Shown here: positions 51,262-63,360 of the stretch, one piece after another
Layout: the number at the start of each line of letters is the position of its first letter
How positions within the stretch are numbered: the first letter of the stretch is position 1
Assembly: GCA_951406725.2 (NCBI GenBank)
Contig: OX597820.1
Span: forward strand, 19,592,001-19,656,000
Reading direction: 5' to 3'
DNA length: 64,000 nucleotides
Source of the DNA: Octopus vulgaris
Lineage: Eukaryota
The notes under the pieces: model-generated
What the model saw: the letters and a program-made list of their open reading frames with translations, nothing else
Database searches by the model: none
What the model was told of the DNA's origin: nothing
Made by a program: the position numbers and the translations under genes

Positions 51262-53797
51262 GGAATATTATACACACATACACGTGTGTGTGTGTGTGTG
51301 TATGATATTCCCTCTTGTGTATGCGTGTATAATATTCCCTCTCCGTGCATGTGTGTGTGTGTGTGCATATATAATATTTCCTTTTCTGCTCTGTGTACAT
51401 CTAGTTAATTGCATATGGTTTTTACGTGCACACTGCTGTCACCAAGCTATCCAACAGCTACGATAGCAAATACTCTTTCCTTCTCTCTTACTGTAAAGCA
51501 CATGCCCATGTATGCACAATCATTATATATATATATATATATATATATATCCATATATACACACATACACACACAAATCTATATATGCTACTTTGCTGAA
51601 ATTGTTAAATGTATTATTTACGAAAAATATTTTCTCCCTCCTTCCCTAGCCATGGTATAACTGGTAACTGGAACTATATTACTATTCTGTGTCAAGATGT
51701 CACCAGGTAAAAGAAAAAAGAAAGAAAACCTGGTGAGCTTGCCATTGCACTGCTACTCAAAAGTTTATCTTGTAAAAAAAAACCTTAAAAAAAAAAAAAA
51801 ATAATGATAATTGTTTTTGGCCAGGTGCGTGCGTGTGTGCATGCTTGGGTGCGTGCCTGAGTTGTATTGGGGATTTGTAATTTAGTAATTAATAAATGAG
51901 TGTTTTTTTTTTTTCTTTAAACAAAAAAAAAAAAAGCTTGCATTCTTTATAAAATCTTGCTGTTGTTCAGCCTCAGACCAAGCTCGGTCGGGATCCATTA
52001 GATGTTTTTTTAACCAAAGGCATTCCATGCATGGCTATCTGTTTTAGGGGACGTAAAATAGGACTTGCCTCTTATCTAATGTGCCCATTTATTTATTTTC
52101 CTTTTTATTTTTTTGTGTTACTTTTTTTTTGGTAGCAGTCGAATGGTATTTAAGGGAAGGGATTTGGCTGCTATTTCTAGCATGTAGACACTGCATGAAT
52201 ATTTTATTTGGATCCTAAGTAAAATAATCCCAGGATTGATGTGTTTCTTCTGCTTTTATAAACCCTATTCTATCGCAAAAAACGATTTTCTTATAGAATT
52301 ACCATAACCGTTCAATATACTGCTTAATAATAATAAAAAAAACTTTGGTGATAAAATATATTTCAACCGTATTTTCCCCATGGCTTTGTTCTATGATATT
52401 AGACCAATATATACTGATATAGAAGAGGCACCAACCAAACAGATATATGTGTTGAATAAATGAATAACAATTAGTTTTTTTTATAATTTTTCACCTTAGT
52501 AATTAAATGTTTATAAATTATTAGCTATTTACGATTTGTAAACTTGGTAATTTATTTGAAAAAAATCTAATTATTAAAGTAGAAAAATTATCATAAAAGT
52601 CACTATTTATTTATTTCAAATATATAATACTGTACAAAGAAAGGACTTTGTATTTCTAATTCTGTGACACATATTATAGTTTGGTGTTCACCATCTCTCG
52701 TCGAACCGTCCGACCCATGCCAGCACGGGAAACGAACATTTAATGATGATATTGATTGATGTATATGTACGTTTATACATACACATACAAGCATTCTTTA
52801 AGATCTTCCTATCTTGTTCTGTAAAAGTGTTGGAGCGAGTGAGAAGTGGAAAATATGTAGTGTTTTATAGAAGAGTACCTCTCTTTATTGAAGGGTGATT
52901 AAAAAGATTTTGATATTTCCCGTTGAAGTCCTTAAGATTGGGTTTTACACAGCAAAACCCTCTGCTAGTGTTAGACACAGAAAAGAGTAAGTTAGAATCG
53001 AATATAGATATACGTTACTTAGGTAAGCTCGCCGTCAGCTTACTACATTGTTTGTATATGATGCTAGTAGAACAATAATATGTGTGTGTGTATATTCTTT
53101 TACCTGTTTCAGTCATATGACTACAACCATGCTGGAGCAATGCTTTTTAGTCGAAGAAATCGACCCCAGGACTTATTCTTTGTGAGCCTGGTATTTTTTC
53201 TCTGTCTCTTGCCGAACTGCTAGATCAGGGGGGGGGCAAATAGACACAGGCATATACATGTGTGTGTGTATGTGTATATATATATAAATTTAATTAGAGG
53301 ATGTGTAAGCCTCATGAAGGGATGGTTTCATTTGAGGAAATACTGGTTCAATACCTAGTATTTTGGGGGGAATGAATTTCCTTGAAATAATAGGTATATA
53401 TAAAACATAGTTTATATTCATTTTAAAGAAGAAGAGTAATCATTGAAACGGCTGTAAGTGAAGATGACCAATTTGGTGTTAAATAATAAACAATTATTAA
53501 CTTCCTAATCTCCATTTTCTCTTCTTTTTAAATGATTTATATATATATATATATATATATATACTATAAGGATAAAATCTACATAAGAATATATGAAGTA
53601 GCCAGCATGAAAAATCAGTTAAGAGGAAATTTTAAACAAAATGTATAATTATTCCCTTTAAATATAAATACATTCATTATATTAAGGGCTATAACTACAT
53701 GTAAATGCCTAACGCTATAATGAATGTATGTATGTACATATGTAATAATATAAATAATATATAAATATATGCATATATACATACATATATGTATATA

Positions 53798-53844
<47 letters not shown>

Positions 53845-53974
53845 GCATACATGGGTACAGGACATCAAAAAAACGTACACAGAATGAGAAACGAGAACAT
53901 AAAAACAAAAACAGAGAAACAAACTTTTTCCAAATAACGAAAAAAAACAAACACAGAAACCAGACATACTCTGC

Positions 53975-54124
53975 TTTAATTGAAGAAATCGACCTCAGGA
54001 CTTTGTAAGCCTAGTACTTATTCTATCATCACTTTTGCTGAACTGTTAAGTTATGAGGATGTAAACACACCAACATCAGTTAAGTGATGGTGGGAGGGAC
54101 AAACACAGATGCACAAATATATAC

Positions 54125-54160
<36 letters not shown>

Positions 54161-54423
54161 GTGGTTATATATACCAGTGCTTTTCAAACTTTTTGCTGGA
54201 GCGGAACCCCAAGGAAACCTTCCACTGGCTCAAGGAACCCCTGTGCAATAATTTAATAGTCTTATGCACACATATATGCACAGGAGAATTCAAAATTACT
54301 GCCGATTTTAGCAGTTTTGTAACTTCTTGCGGAACCCCTGGACTGCACTGGCGGAACCCTGGTTGAAAACCACTGATATATACACACGTATATATTTGTG
54401 CCACACACACACACACACATAAC

Positions 54424-54458
<35 letters not shown>

Positions 54459-54548
54459 ATGGGCTTCTTTCAGTTTCCATCTACCAAATCCACTCACAAG
54501 GCTTTGGTCAACCCGAGGCTATAGTAGGAGACACTTGCCCAAGGTGCC
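53975..54548 (-). mobile_element. SINE family A (truncated at both ends) hosting a hAT MITE
   Basis: Tail half 53975-54120 and head half 54458-54548. Confidence 0.85.
54175..54375. mobile_element. hAT MITE with an 8-bp target-site duplication
   Basis: TIRs cagtgcttttcaa / ttgaaaaccactg; TSD atatatac at 54167-54174 and 54376-54383; repeated ggaaccc subterminal motifs. Confidence 0.9.
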
Positions 54549-55142
54549 TTATATGTTAATTTTACAAGCAGGCTGTTCTGTCGATCAGATCACTTTGAAC
54601 ACTTGTCATTGTAACTGAGATGGAGTCCCAGTATAGTCTGGGTGTTTTTGTTTTTTATTTCTTTTCACTATCTGCTCTCTTGATAGGATTGAAATTTGAG
54701 AATTTTGGCACAAGGCCAGCAATTTCGGGGCAAGGGATAAGTTAATTACATTGACCCTTCCCCAGTGTTTAACAGGTACTTAATGGACAAATGGCAAAGC
54801 CGATTGTGGGCAGGATTTGAACTCAGAACTTCTCTGACTCAGAAAATCAGAGAAGGAATGCTGCTAAGCAGTTTTCCCAGTGCTGTAATGATTTTGCCAG
54901 CTCACCACCTGTGAAGCATATCTGTGTATGGGAATACACAGAACTATATAAATATAAAGATATGGGTTCTACATCTAGCATAATGGATGACCATTTAGTG
55001 GTCATCCCTCTTATATATATATGTAATATAAAGATAAATGTATAGATAGATTCAAGGTCTGAGATTTCCATGCATTGAGAACTTATGTTTTGAGTTCTAT
55101 TTTTCCTGTTTGTATCACCAAACCCACAGATATACATACATA

Positions 55143-55385
55143 CTGTTTTTTGTTAAAGCTGCAAAAAGAACTCACAAAAAACTGTTACTCAGAGTTTACA
55201 CGTTCCTGTTCGTCAGACAGTTGCTTGCGATCAAGTTGTGAGTCTTGATTCACAACTGCCCGACAAATGGGAACATGAAACTCTGAGTAACAGTTTTTTG
55301 CAGCTTTAACAAAAAGAATATTACTCTACGCTCGGTATTCAAGTACTATTTTCTCCAACTAGTTTTGCATTTACGTGCTTACTCT
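55143..55385. mobile_element. Penelope-like fold-back element with two inverted degenerate hammerheads
   Basis: Arms about 55146-55223 and 55253-55315; consensus aacugu-CUGACGA-acg-ggaa-cgu-GAAA-cucugag-UA-acaguu. Confidence 0.75.
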
Positions 55386-55507
55386 TTGTGTGTGTGTGAA
55401 TGAAAGATAAGGATAAACACAAGTTTAGCCTTTTACAGTTCCTGTGTGCATTTCATCATTATGGCTGTTTGGAATCCTGAAAATAGGTGTTCCAAGTACA
55501 TTTAGAT

Positions 55508-55754
55508 CAATGTTCTCAATTAGGGTCCTTATGACCCTTTGAGACTTCATATAAATTTTTTTTTAATTAAAATTTATGTAATAAATTGATTATACTCCTT
55601 TAATTTACCAAATAACTTAATTTTCTTTAATGAAATTTCAAATGATATTTAATTCTAAAAAATATGAGATTTTTTTTTCTAACATCAAATGACTACAAGT
55701 ATGATAGGGATTGGATGGGTCCCTAGATAAAAAAAAAATGCTTGAGAACCACTG
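55508..55754. mobile_element. hAT-type MITE, diverged
   Basis: caatgttctcaa / ttgagaaccactg ends; flanks atttagat/atttagtt (7/8 match). Confidence 0.65.
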
Positions 55755-56051
55755 ATTTAGTTGCTTAACTAGACTGGATTATCAAGGGATACTTTTTATT
55801 GCATTAAGTTTTAAGCCTAGAGGGGTTCCCCAACGACTGTCTACATCAGTTAAGGGATTTAGATGATGATCCATCTTCTCCATTTTCTTCTTTACAGTTG
55901 TTGGGGAGCCCCTCTAGGCTCTTTCATAGCCAGCCATTGCCACTGGTGTTTGTTCTCTGTCATGCATAACAGGATCTCTGTGCTGTGACATGTCCAGTCC
56001 TTGACGCTGTAAAACCAGCATTTTCATGCATGCACACACACATACACACAC

Positions 56052-56119
<68 letters not shown>

Positions 56120-56645
56120 CATACATATACATACGGATCCCTATTCTTCTCACTGGCTTTGGAGTACCTAATCTGTGGAATTCTTTCTACCATCAGATTA
56201 TCTCACCTTATTCATTCGGAGTACCTTGATTATATATATATATATGATCACCCATGCCAGCATGGAAGGCTGATGAGGATGATGATATATATACATATAT
56301 ATATATATATTTATATATGTATATATATATATATATATATTTATATATGTATGTATATCTATATGTATGTATATGCCCCTGGGAATTGATCTCATGGCAT
56401 TACATTTGTGAGTTAAATACCCTAGCTACATAATCAGGCACTCTAATTGATATCATTGATGTAGATGTCAGTGTACACTCATTAACCCTTTTAATACCCA
56501 CTCACCTGAGACTGTCCCTTGATTCTACTTGTTATAAAGTAATTTAAATTGGAACTTGCAATTAAACTTCCAAATATAATTCTGTCTGAAACATCAGCTT
56601 AGTAACAAGAAAATTATTTTAATGCTATTCATCAGCATCTTTCAA

Positions 56646-56867
56646 CCCTTTAGCATTCAAACCAGCCACATCCGGTCAAACACTTCTGCCTGTTTTATGT
56701 TCAAACTAACCAGATCTGGCCTATCACACCTACTCTACAATGTCATTCTAAAAAAATAAACGACCACATTGTCAAAATCTCAAAGCTACAAGGTAATGCA
56801 TGATTAATTCAAAACAATGTAAATAAATAAGCATTACATTTGATAGAAAAACCTGAATGCTAAAGGG
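56646..56867 (+). mobile_element. piggyBac-like MITE, cleanest copy
   Basis: TIR ccctttagcattca / tgaatgctaaaggg; flanks tcaa and ttaa. Confidence 0.8.
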
Positions 56868-56894
56868 TTAAATTAAGTGAAAGAAAAAATAATA

Positions 56895-57285
56895 CTCTTT
56901 TACTCTCTTCTACTTGTTTCAGTCATTTGACTGTGGCCAAGCTGGATCACCACCTTTAGTTGAACAAATCGACCCCAGGTCTTATTCTTTGTAAGCCAAG
57001 TACTTATTCTATCGGTCACTTTTGCCAAACCACTAAGTTACGGGGACGTAAACACACCACCAGTTGTCAAGCGATGGTGGGGGGACGAACAGAAATACAT
57101 AAACATACACACCTATAATATACATATATACGATGGGCTTCTTTCTGTTTCCATCTACCAAATCCACTCACAAGGCTTTGGTCGGCCTGAGGCTATAGTA
57201 GAAGACACTTGCCCAAGGTGCCACTCAGTGGGAATGAACCCAGAACCATGTGGTTGGTAAGCAAGCTACTTACCACCTGTGCCTA
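56895..57285 (-). mobile_element. SINE family A, full length
   Basis: Reverse consensus match. Confidence 0.92.
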
Positions 57286-57748
57286 TAATAGTGTACTTCA
57301 ATAAACAGTATCCACCAGACCAAATTGGTTATACATCACTGGCCACAATGTGCTTCCTGGCATTGCTGTAGCCTCCAAATGATACCACCTTCCCAGTAAT
57401 AAAACGCTATATTAATCAGTGTAATTCTGTTATGAAACTTTGTTCTTCTTATGTCCCTTCACCCCACTCTCTCTCTCTCTCTCTGTGTGTGCTTCAAGGT
57501 CTATAGATCTTTTTTCCCTCCTTTTTCATTCTACTTCTAATTGTTGTGACTGAGGGTACAAAGCTAGGTCCTGTAATAATTTCAATTCCCCTGCTTCAGT
57601 GATCCTAAAACCTCAATTTCTCAACAGTAGATGTCGATCATGAAAATATGTTCGATAAAGTGACCTCTAAGCTAAATTGACCGTCTGCATAGACGAAAAG
57701 GGCCAATTATTATTATTATTATTATTATACATATATATATATATAAGT

Positions 57749-58058
57749 GGAGGCGCAATGGCCCAGTGGTTAGAGCAGCAGATTTGTGGTCGGAGGATCA
57801 CAGTTTCGATTCCCAGACTGAGCGTTATGTGTGTTTATTGAGCGCAAACACAAGCTCCACGAGGCTCCGGCAGGAGCTGGTGGCAACCCCTGTTGTACTT
57901 TTTCGCCCCAACTTTCTCTCACTCTCTTCCTGTTTCTTGTGTAACACTGCAATGGACTGGCATCCCGTCCAGTTGGGGGGAACACATATGCCACAGAAAC
58001 TGGGAAACAGGCCCATGAGCCTGGCTAGGCTTGAAAAGGGTTTCATAAATAAACAAAT
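57749..58058 (+). mobile_element. tRNA-derived SINE family D (V-SINE-like domain)
   Basis: A-box tggcccagtgg, B-box gtttcgattcc, ctgcaatggactggcatcccgtccag block, (taaa/caaa) tail. Confidence 0.85.
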
Positions 58059-58223
58059 ATATATATATATATATATATATGCAGATTGGACCAAAAGTTA
58101 CAAAAAAGATATGAAATTTGAATAGATTAAATAAAATTGTATTTAAACTAAAAATTAAGAAATTGTTAAAAAAATTTAAACACCTCCGTGAATTTTGTGT
58201 TACCCTCTGTGTGTCTGTATATA

Positions 58224-58438
58224 CGAAGGGGTGCTGAAAAGTTCCTGACTTTAAGGGTATCGTGATAGGCCTGGTTGGAGGCCCAAACTTCCAAGTTCTT
58301 TTATGGGGGCTTAGAATAATGAATGGCTCCTGCAATAAGTGTGAATCAGAGAGGGGAATATGTTCAATGAAAACATAATTAACTGTTTCCCTAGTATTTT
58401 CTGTTACCCAAAGCCAAGAACTTTTCAGCACCCCCTTG
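58224..58438 (+). mobile_element. Mariner-derived MITE, complete
   Basis: TIRs cgaaggggtgctgaaaagttcctgacttt / aaagccaagaacttttcagcacccccttg; TA on the left. Confidence 0.85.
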
Positions 58439-58627
58439 TGTGTGGCTGTGTGGTTAAGAAGCTTGCTTTGCAGCTTCATAGTTTCAGGTTCAGCCTCTCT
58501 GCACAGCATGCTAGGCAAGTGTCTTCTACTGTAGCTCCAAGCTGTGTGTGAATTCAGCTGGCAGAAACTGAAAGAATCTTCCTCATATATCCTCTTACCT
58601 TACAACACAGTGGCTAATAATTAATAA

Positions 58628-58895
58628 ATACCTATTTCTTTACTACCCACAAGGGGCTTGACTGATGAAATACTCATTTCTTTACTACCCAGAGAGGACA
58701 AACAAGGACAGACAAATGGATTAAGTTGATTATATCGGCCCCAGTGCATAACTGGTACTTATTTAATCGACCCCGAAAGGATGACAGGCAAAGTCGACCT
58801 TAGCGGGATTTGAATTTGAACTCAGGAACGCAGCGGCAGACGAAATACCGCTAAGCATTTCACCTGGCGTGCTAACGATTCTGCCAGCTCGCCAC
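58628..58895 (-). mobile_element. SINE family B with a partial second unit
   Basis: Flanked by a ctaat...aattaataaatacc duplication. Confidence 0.88.
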
Positions 58896-59027
58896 TTTCT
58901 AATTAATAAATACCACTGCCATGCAGACTGTACTCTTTATGTGCAAATCTAAGGAGAAATATTATTTTGCTTCAGGTTGGCTACTGGAAGAGCATCTGGG
59001 TGTTAAAAATCTCCCTCAACAAATTTC

Positions 59028-59059
<32 letters not shown>

Positions 59060-59105
59060 CTCTCTCTCTCTCTACATGCAGGAGTAGAAGGACACTGATT
59101 ATGTA

Positions 59106-59313
59106 CAGGGTGGCCCAAAAGTAGGTTTACAGTTGTTCAAGTGCCTCTTTCGCATTCATACATTAACAGTTTAGATCTTAATTATGAAAAAAAATATGAA
59201 ACCATTATTCTATGCTAAATTTGTAAGATAGAAATTTAAATGTAATAAAATGTTTTAAAAGAAATTTAAAGTGCCTACGTGATAACTGTAAACATATTTT
59301 TTGGGCCACCCTC
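59106..59313. mobile_element. Tc1/mariner-type MITE
   Basis: TIRs cagggtggcccaaaagtaggtttacagtt / aactgtaaacatattttttgggccaccctc; TA flanks. Confidence 0.85.
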
Positions 59314-59535
59314 TATATATCAAACAATGTGACTCTAGTAGAATACTTCAGACATAAAGCTTATATACCAAAAGCATATGTATTAAGGTCTTGTAGGTAA
59401 GTCTTTTTGCTACCAACCTGACTGTGTCTTATCTCTGCTTTTATGATACAAAGCTTATTGTTTTAAAGTTATTTGAATTAAACTTTCCATGAAAAGTTTT
59501 GCAAACACAAGCTTTATAGTGACAAAGTTATTTTT

Positions 59536-59805
59536 GCCTTGGCTGGCTTCCGTGCCGGTGGCACGTTAATAGCACCAACCGATCGTGGACGATGCCAGAC
59601 TCCCCCGGCACCTGTGCAGGTGGCATGTAAAAAGCACCCACTACACTCGCGGAGTGGTTGGCGTTAGGAAGGGCATCCAGCTGTAGAAATTCTGCCAGAT
59701 CAGACTGGAGCTTGGTGCAGCCTTCTGGCTTCCCAGACCCCGGTCAAACCGTCCAACCCGTGCTAGCGCGAAAAACGGACGTTAAACGATGATGATCATG
59801 ATGAT
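59536..59805 (+). mobile_element. Retroposon family C, young
   Basis: ggttggcgttaggaagggcatcc...ggacgttaaacgatgatgat. Confidence 0.9.
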
Positions 59806-59814
59806 TGTTATATT

Positions 59815-60131
59815 CGGGGTGCATGGCACGGTGGTTAGAGGATCGGGCTCACAATCATGAGGTAGTGAGTTCAATTTCCACACCAGGCTGTGTGTTGTTT
59901 TTGAGCAAGACACTATTTCGTGTTGCTCCAGTTCACTCAGCTGTAGAAATGAGTTGCAACGTCACTTTGCCTTTCCCTTGTATAACATCAGTGCCATGGA
60001 GAGGAAAGGTTGTTATGCATGGGCGACTGCTGGTCTTCCATAAACAACCATACCCAGACTTGTGCCTCGGAAGGGAACTTCCTAGGTGCAATCTTATGGT
60101 CATTCATTACCAAAGGAGGTCTTTACCCTTT
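59815..60131 (+). mobile_element. SINE family E
   Basis: Homologous to 18280-18612. Confidence 0.85.
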
Positions 60132-60424
60132 ATATTTGGGGATGGCCATATTTTGCCCATTAAACATAACCTATATATTTGGTCTTCTCTTCAGTATTAT
60201 ATATATATATTTATATATATATATAATACTGTGTGTGTGTATATATATACACACACACATATATATATAGTGCATGTATTTAATTGACAAAATACAACCA
60301 CCTTCATATATAACAATATCTGCTTAAACACAGTTTCACATCGAGAATTTTGCAAAACAAATACCTTATTTTACTAAATTTTTCATTTTCAAAATTAAAG
60401 AAAGTTTTGTTTTTTTAATATTTA

Positions 60425-60629
60425 GTTTAGGCACAAGGTCCAAAATTTCCAGGGAGGGGGACCAGTTGATTAGATTGACTCCAGTACACAACTGGTACCT
60501 AATGTATCGACCCCAAAAGGATGAAAGGCAAAGTCGACCTCGACAGAATTTGAACTCAGAATGTAAAAACACGAAATACTGCTAAACATTTCGCCCGGTG
60601 TGCTAACATTTCTGCCACTGCGCTGCCTT
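60425..60629 (-). mobile_element. SINE family B (second tail type)
   Basis: Family B domain in reverse. Confidence 0.85.
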
Positions 60630-61341
60630 AGAAGACATATATTTGAATGGGAGTATCATGATAAAAGGGTTGACTGCTTTAGTAAACTTATATTATCTAA
60701 ACAATTAGTTTATTAAAAAAATCCCTGGGTGTTTAATTGAAAACACATGCAAGAGAAATACCTTTTAATTAGCAATGCTGAATCAAGTAAAATCTGAAAT
60801 TCTGAACTAGTTCTGTAATACAAATTCAATATTTTTAAAGTAATCTAAATTAAAAACTTCCTTAAAAAATTTAATGTTAATTCTTGTTGCAAACCCCAAA
60901 GTTATAATGATAACAAAATTGTTTTACTAAATTCTTTATTTTTCAAAATTAATTTAAAACAAAAGCATGTTTTAACAGAAATACAGTATCAACAACTCCT
61001 AAGTGGTTTTCATTTTTTAATGTCAGAAGCTTTATAATAACCAACTTATTAAAATATATGTGATGTTGGTTTGTAGAGTATTTCAGAAACATTAGTAGCC
61101 ATTATAAATACATTCATTATGTAAATGTTTACTATCTGACTTGTGATGGTAGATTCAGCGTTGCTTTCATCTATCATTGACAAACATTGAGATGTTTGAT
61201 CACCTGAGCTTACCTATTTGTGGAATTACTACTCACCTTCTTACTTCAACAGACGTGTATGGTACCCTTATCTTAATTCTCAAGTCATGTCAGTAGGACA
61301 CAATGCTGGGCCTTCAAATTAAATTTATAGGTGTTATAAGG

Positions 61342-61540
61342 AAGGCGGCGAGCTGGCAGAAACGTTAGCACGCCGGGCGAAATGCGTAGCCGTATTTCGT
61401 CTGTCGTTACGTTCCGAGTTCAAATTCTGCCGAGGTCGACTTTGCCTTTCATCCTTTCGGAGTCGATAAATTAAGCACTGGGGTCGATGTAATCTACTGT
61501 CCCCTCTGTGTTTAGCCCCTTGTGTGTAGTAAAGAAATAT
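61342..61540 (+). mobile_element. SINE family B, young
   Basis: aggcggcgagctggcagaaacgttagc...; flanked by a tataggtgttat duplication. Confidence 0.92.
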
Positions 61541-62539
61541 ATAGGTGTTATTCAGCCTGGTGGGTTTCTGCTGAGTTTTTGTAACTAAGTTTTATTCACT
61601 AAGCTCAAACCAGTCCCAAAGCTATATTTATAAAAAAAAATGTGCCCTAAAAGCCACAAGATCTCATATAAAATGAGCTTTTTAAGGTCAGTCCCAAACC
61701 TATACTAAAAAAAAAACGCCCTAAGATCTGAGTGAAATGAGCTTCTTAATTACTCAGCTTTACCTACATTTAATTTTGATTTTAGAAATTTTAACAGTTT
61801 CTACTGAAATCATTACCATTATCAAGCTCGTTCATCTTCATGCTAATCCTTTAGCATTTGAACTGGCTGTATCCGGGCCATATATTCCGTTTTATGCTCA
61901 AACCAGTGAGATCCAGCCTTTCACACCTGCACGTTGATGTCATTCTAAAAATATACAATCACATCATTGAAATATAAAAACCACGAAGTAATGCATGGTT
62001 AATTCGAAACGATGTGGATCAACAAGCATTACGTTTTGACAGAGTAATCCGAATGCAAAGAGGGTTTAAATCCTAAATTCTTGATTATGTTTTTAATTTA
62101 TTTATTTCAACTTTTTATACTTGTTTCACTCATTAGACAACAGCCATGCTTAAATTCTGTCTCTCAAAGGTTTCACCTGATTTGTGTTGATTATATCGAC
62201 TGGTATTTATTTGTATTGGATCTCAAATGAAAGATAATTCCAAGTAGGAGTAAAGATATATAAAAATAAGGCGTAACAAAATATTTTTTTTTTTTTAAAG
62301 TCTAAAGTATTTTTGCAAGCACTGAGTTTGCAAGGAACATGGACCTTAAATGATACACACATTATATATATACATGTATATTTGTCTGTCATGCTTTGTA
62401 TGTGTGTGTGCTCATTTTCTAGTGTATATTTATGTGTATGCATGGATCTGACGGAATTTATTGAAACTGAATTTTCTGTGGCCGGATGCCCTTCTTGTCA
62501 ACAATCTTCTGTTTCCTTACAAGAAACTATGGCCCTATT

Positions 62540-62748
62540 AAGGCGGCGAGCTGGCAGAAACGTTAAGCACACTGGGCGAAATGCTTAGCGGCATTTCGTC
62601 TGCCGCTAACGTTCTGAGTTCAAATTCTGCCGAGGTCAACTTTGCCTTTCATCCTTTCGGGGTCGATTAAATAAGTACCAGTTGGGCACTGGGGTCGATG
62701 TAATCGACTTAATCCGTTTGTCCCCTTGTGGGCAGTGAAGAAATAAGA
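62540..62748 (+). mobile_element. SINE family B, young
   Basis: Consensus match. Confidence 0.92.
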
Positions 62749-63125
62749 AACAATGTCCCTATGGATAATCATGTTTCATGATAGACTGGTAATAAAGGAC
62801 ACCTATTTGACAGTGACCCTCATTTGTATATATCGCTTGATGTCAAGATAAGAACACACACACACACGTGTGTATGTGTATATATATATATTCGACAGGC
62901 CCTTTTCAGTTTCAGTCTATCAAATCAACTCACCAGCTCTGGTCAGCAGAAGATATTTTCTCAGTGTCACACAGTGGACAGAACCCAAAGTCATATGGTT
63001 GAGAAGTAAACTTAACCATCCTGCCATGCTTGCACCTATCACACACACACACACACACATGTATGTAGCTCCCAATAAATGTGTTGAATGCCCTTCTTTC
63101 GTTTGTGTACTCACTCGTGTGTGTG

Positions 63126-63156
<31 letters not shown>

Positions 63157-63159
63157 CTG

Positions 63160-63360
63160 TGTTTGTTCCCCCCCACATCGTTTGACAACCGATGCTGGTG
63201 TGTTTACGTCCCCGTAACTTAGCGGTTCTACAAAAGAGGCTGATAGAATAAGTACTAGGCTTAGAAAGAATAAGTCCTGGGGTCGATTTGCTCGACTAAA
63301 GGCGGTGCTCCAGCATGGCCGTAGTCACATGACTGAAAACAAGTAAAGGAGTAAAAGAGA
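63160..63360 (+). mobile_element. SINE family A 3' half
   Basis: gacaaccgatgctggtgtg...aagtaaaggag. Confidence 0.9.

Noticed and set aside
57749-57822. tRNA-like sequences (also 5920-5995, 18280-18350, 30154-30230)
   Set aside because: A/B boxes are present but run directly into SINE bodies without a convincing cloverleaf; these are SINE heads
57919-58518. Longest ORF (199 aa)
   Set aside because: Runs across a SINE, a TA tract and a mariner MITE in antisense; no domain-like sequence
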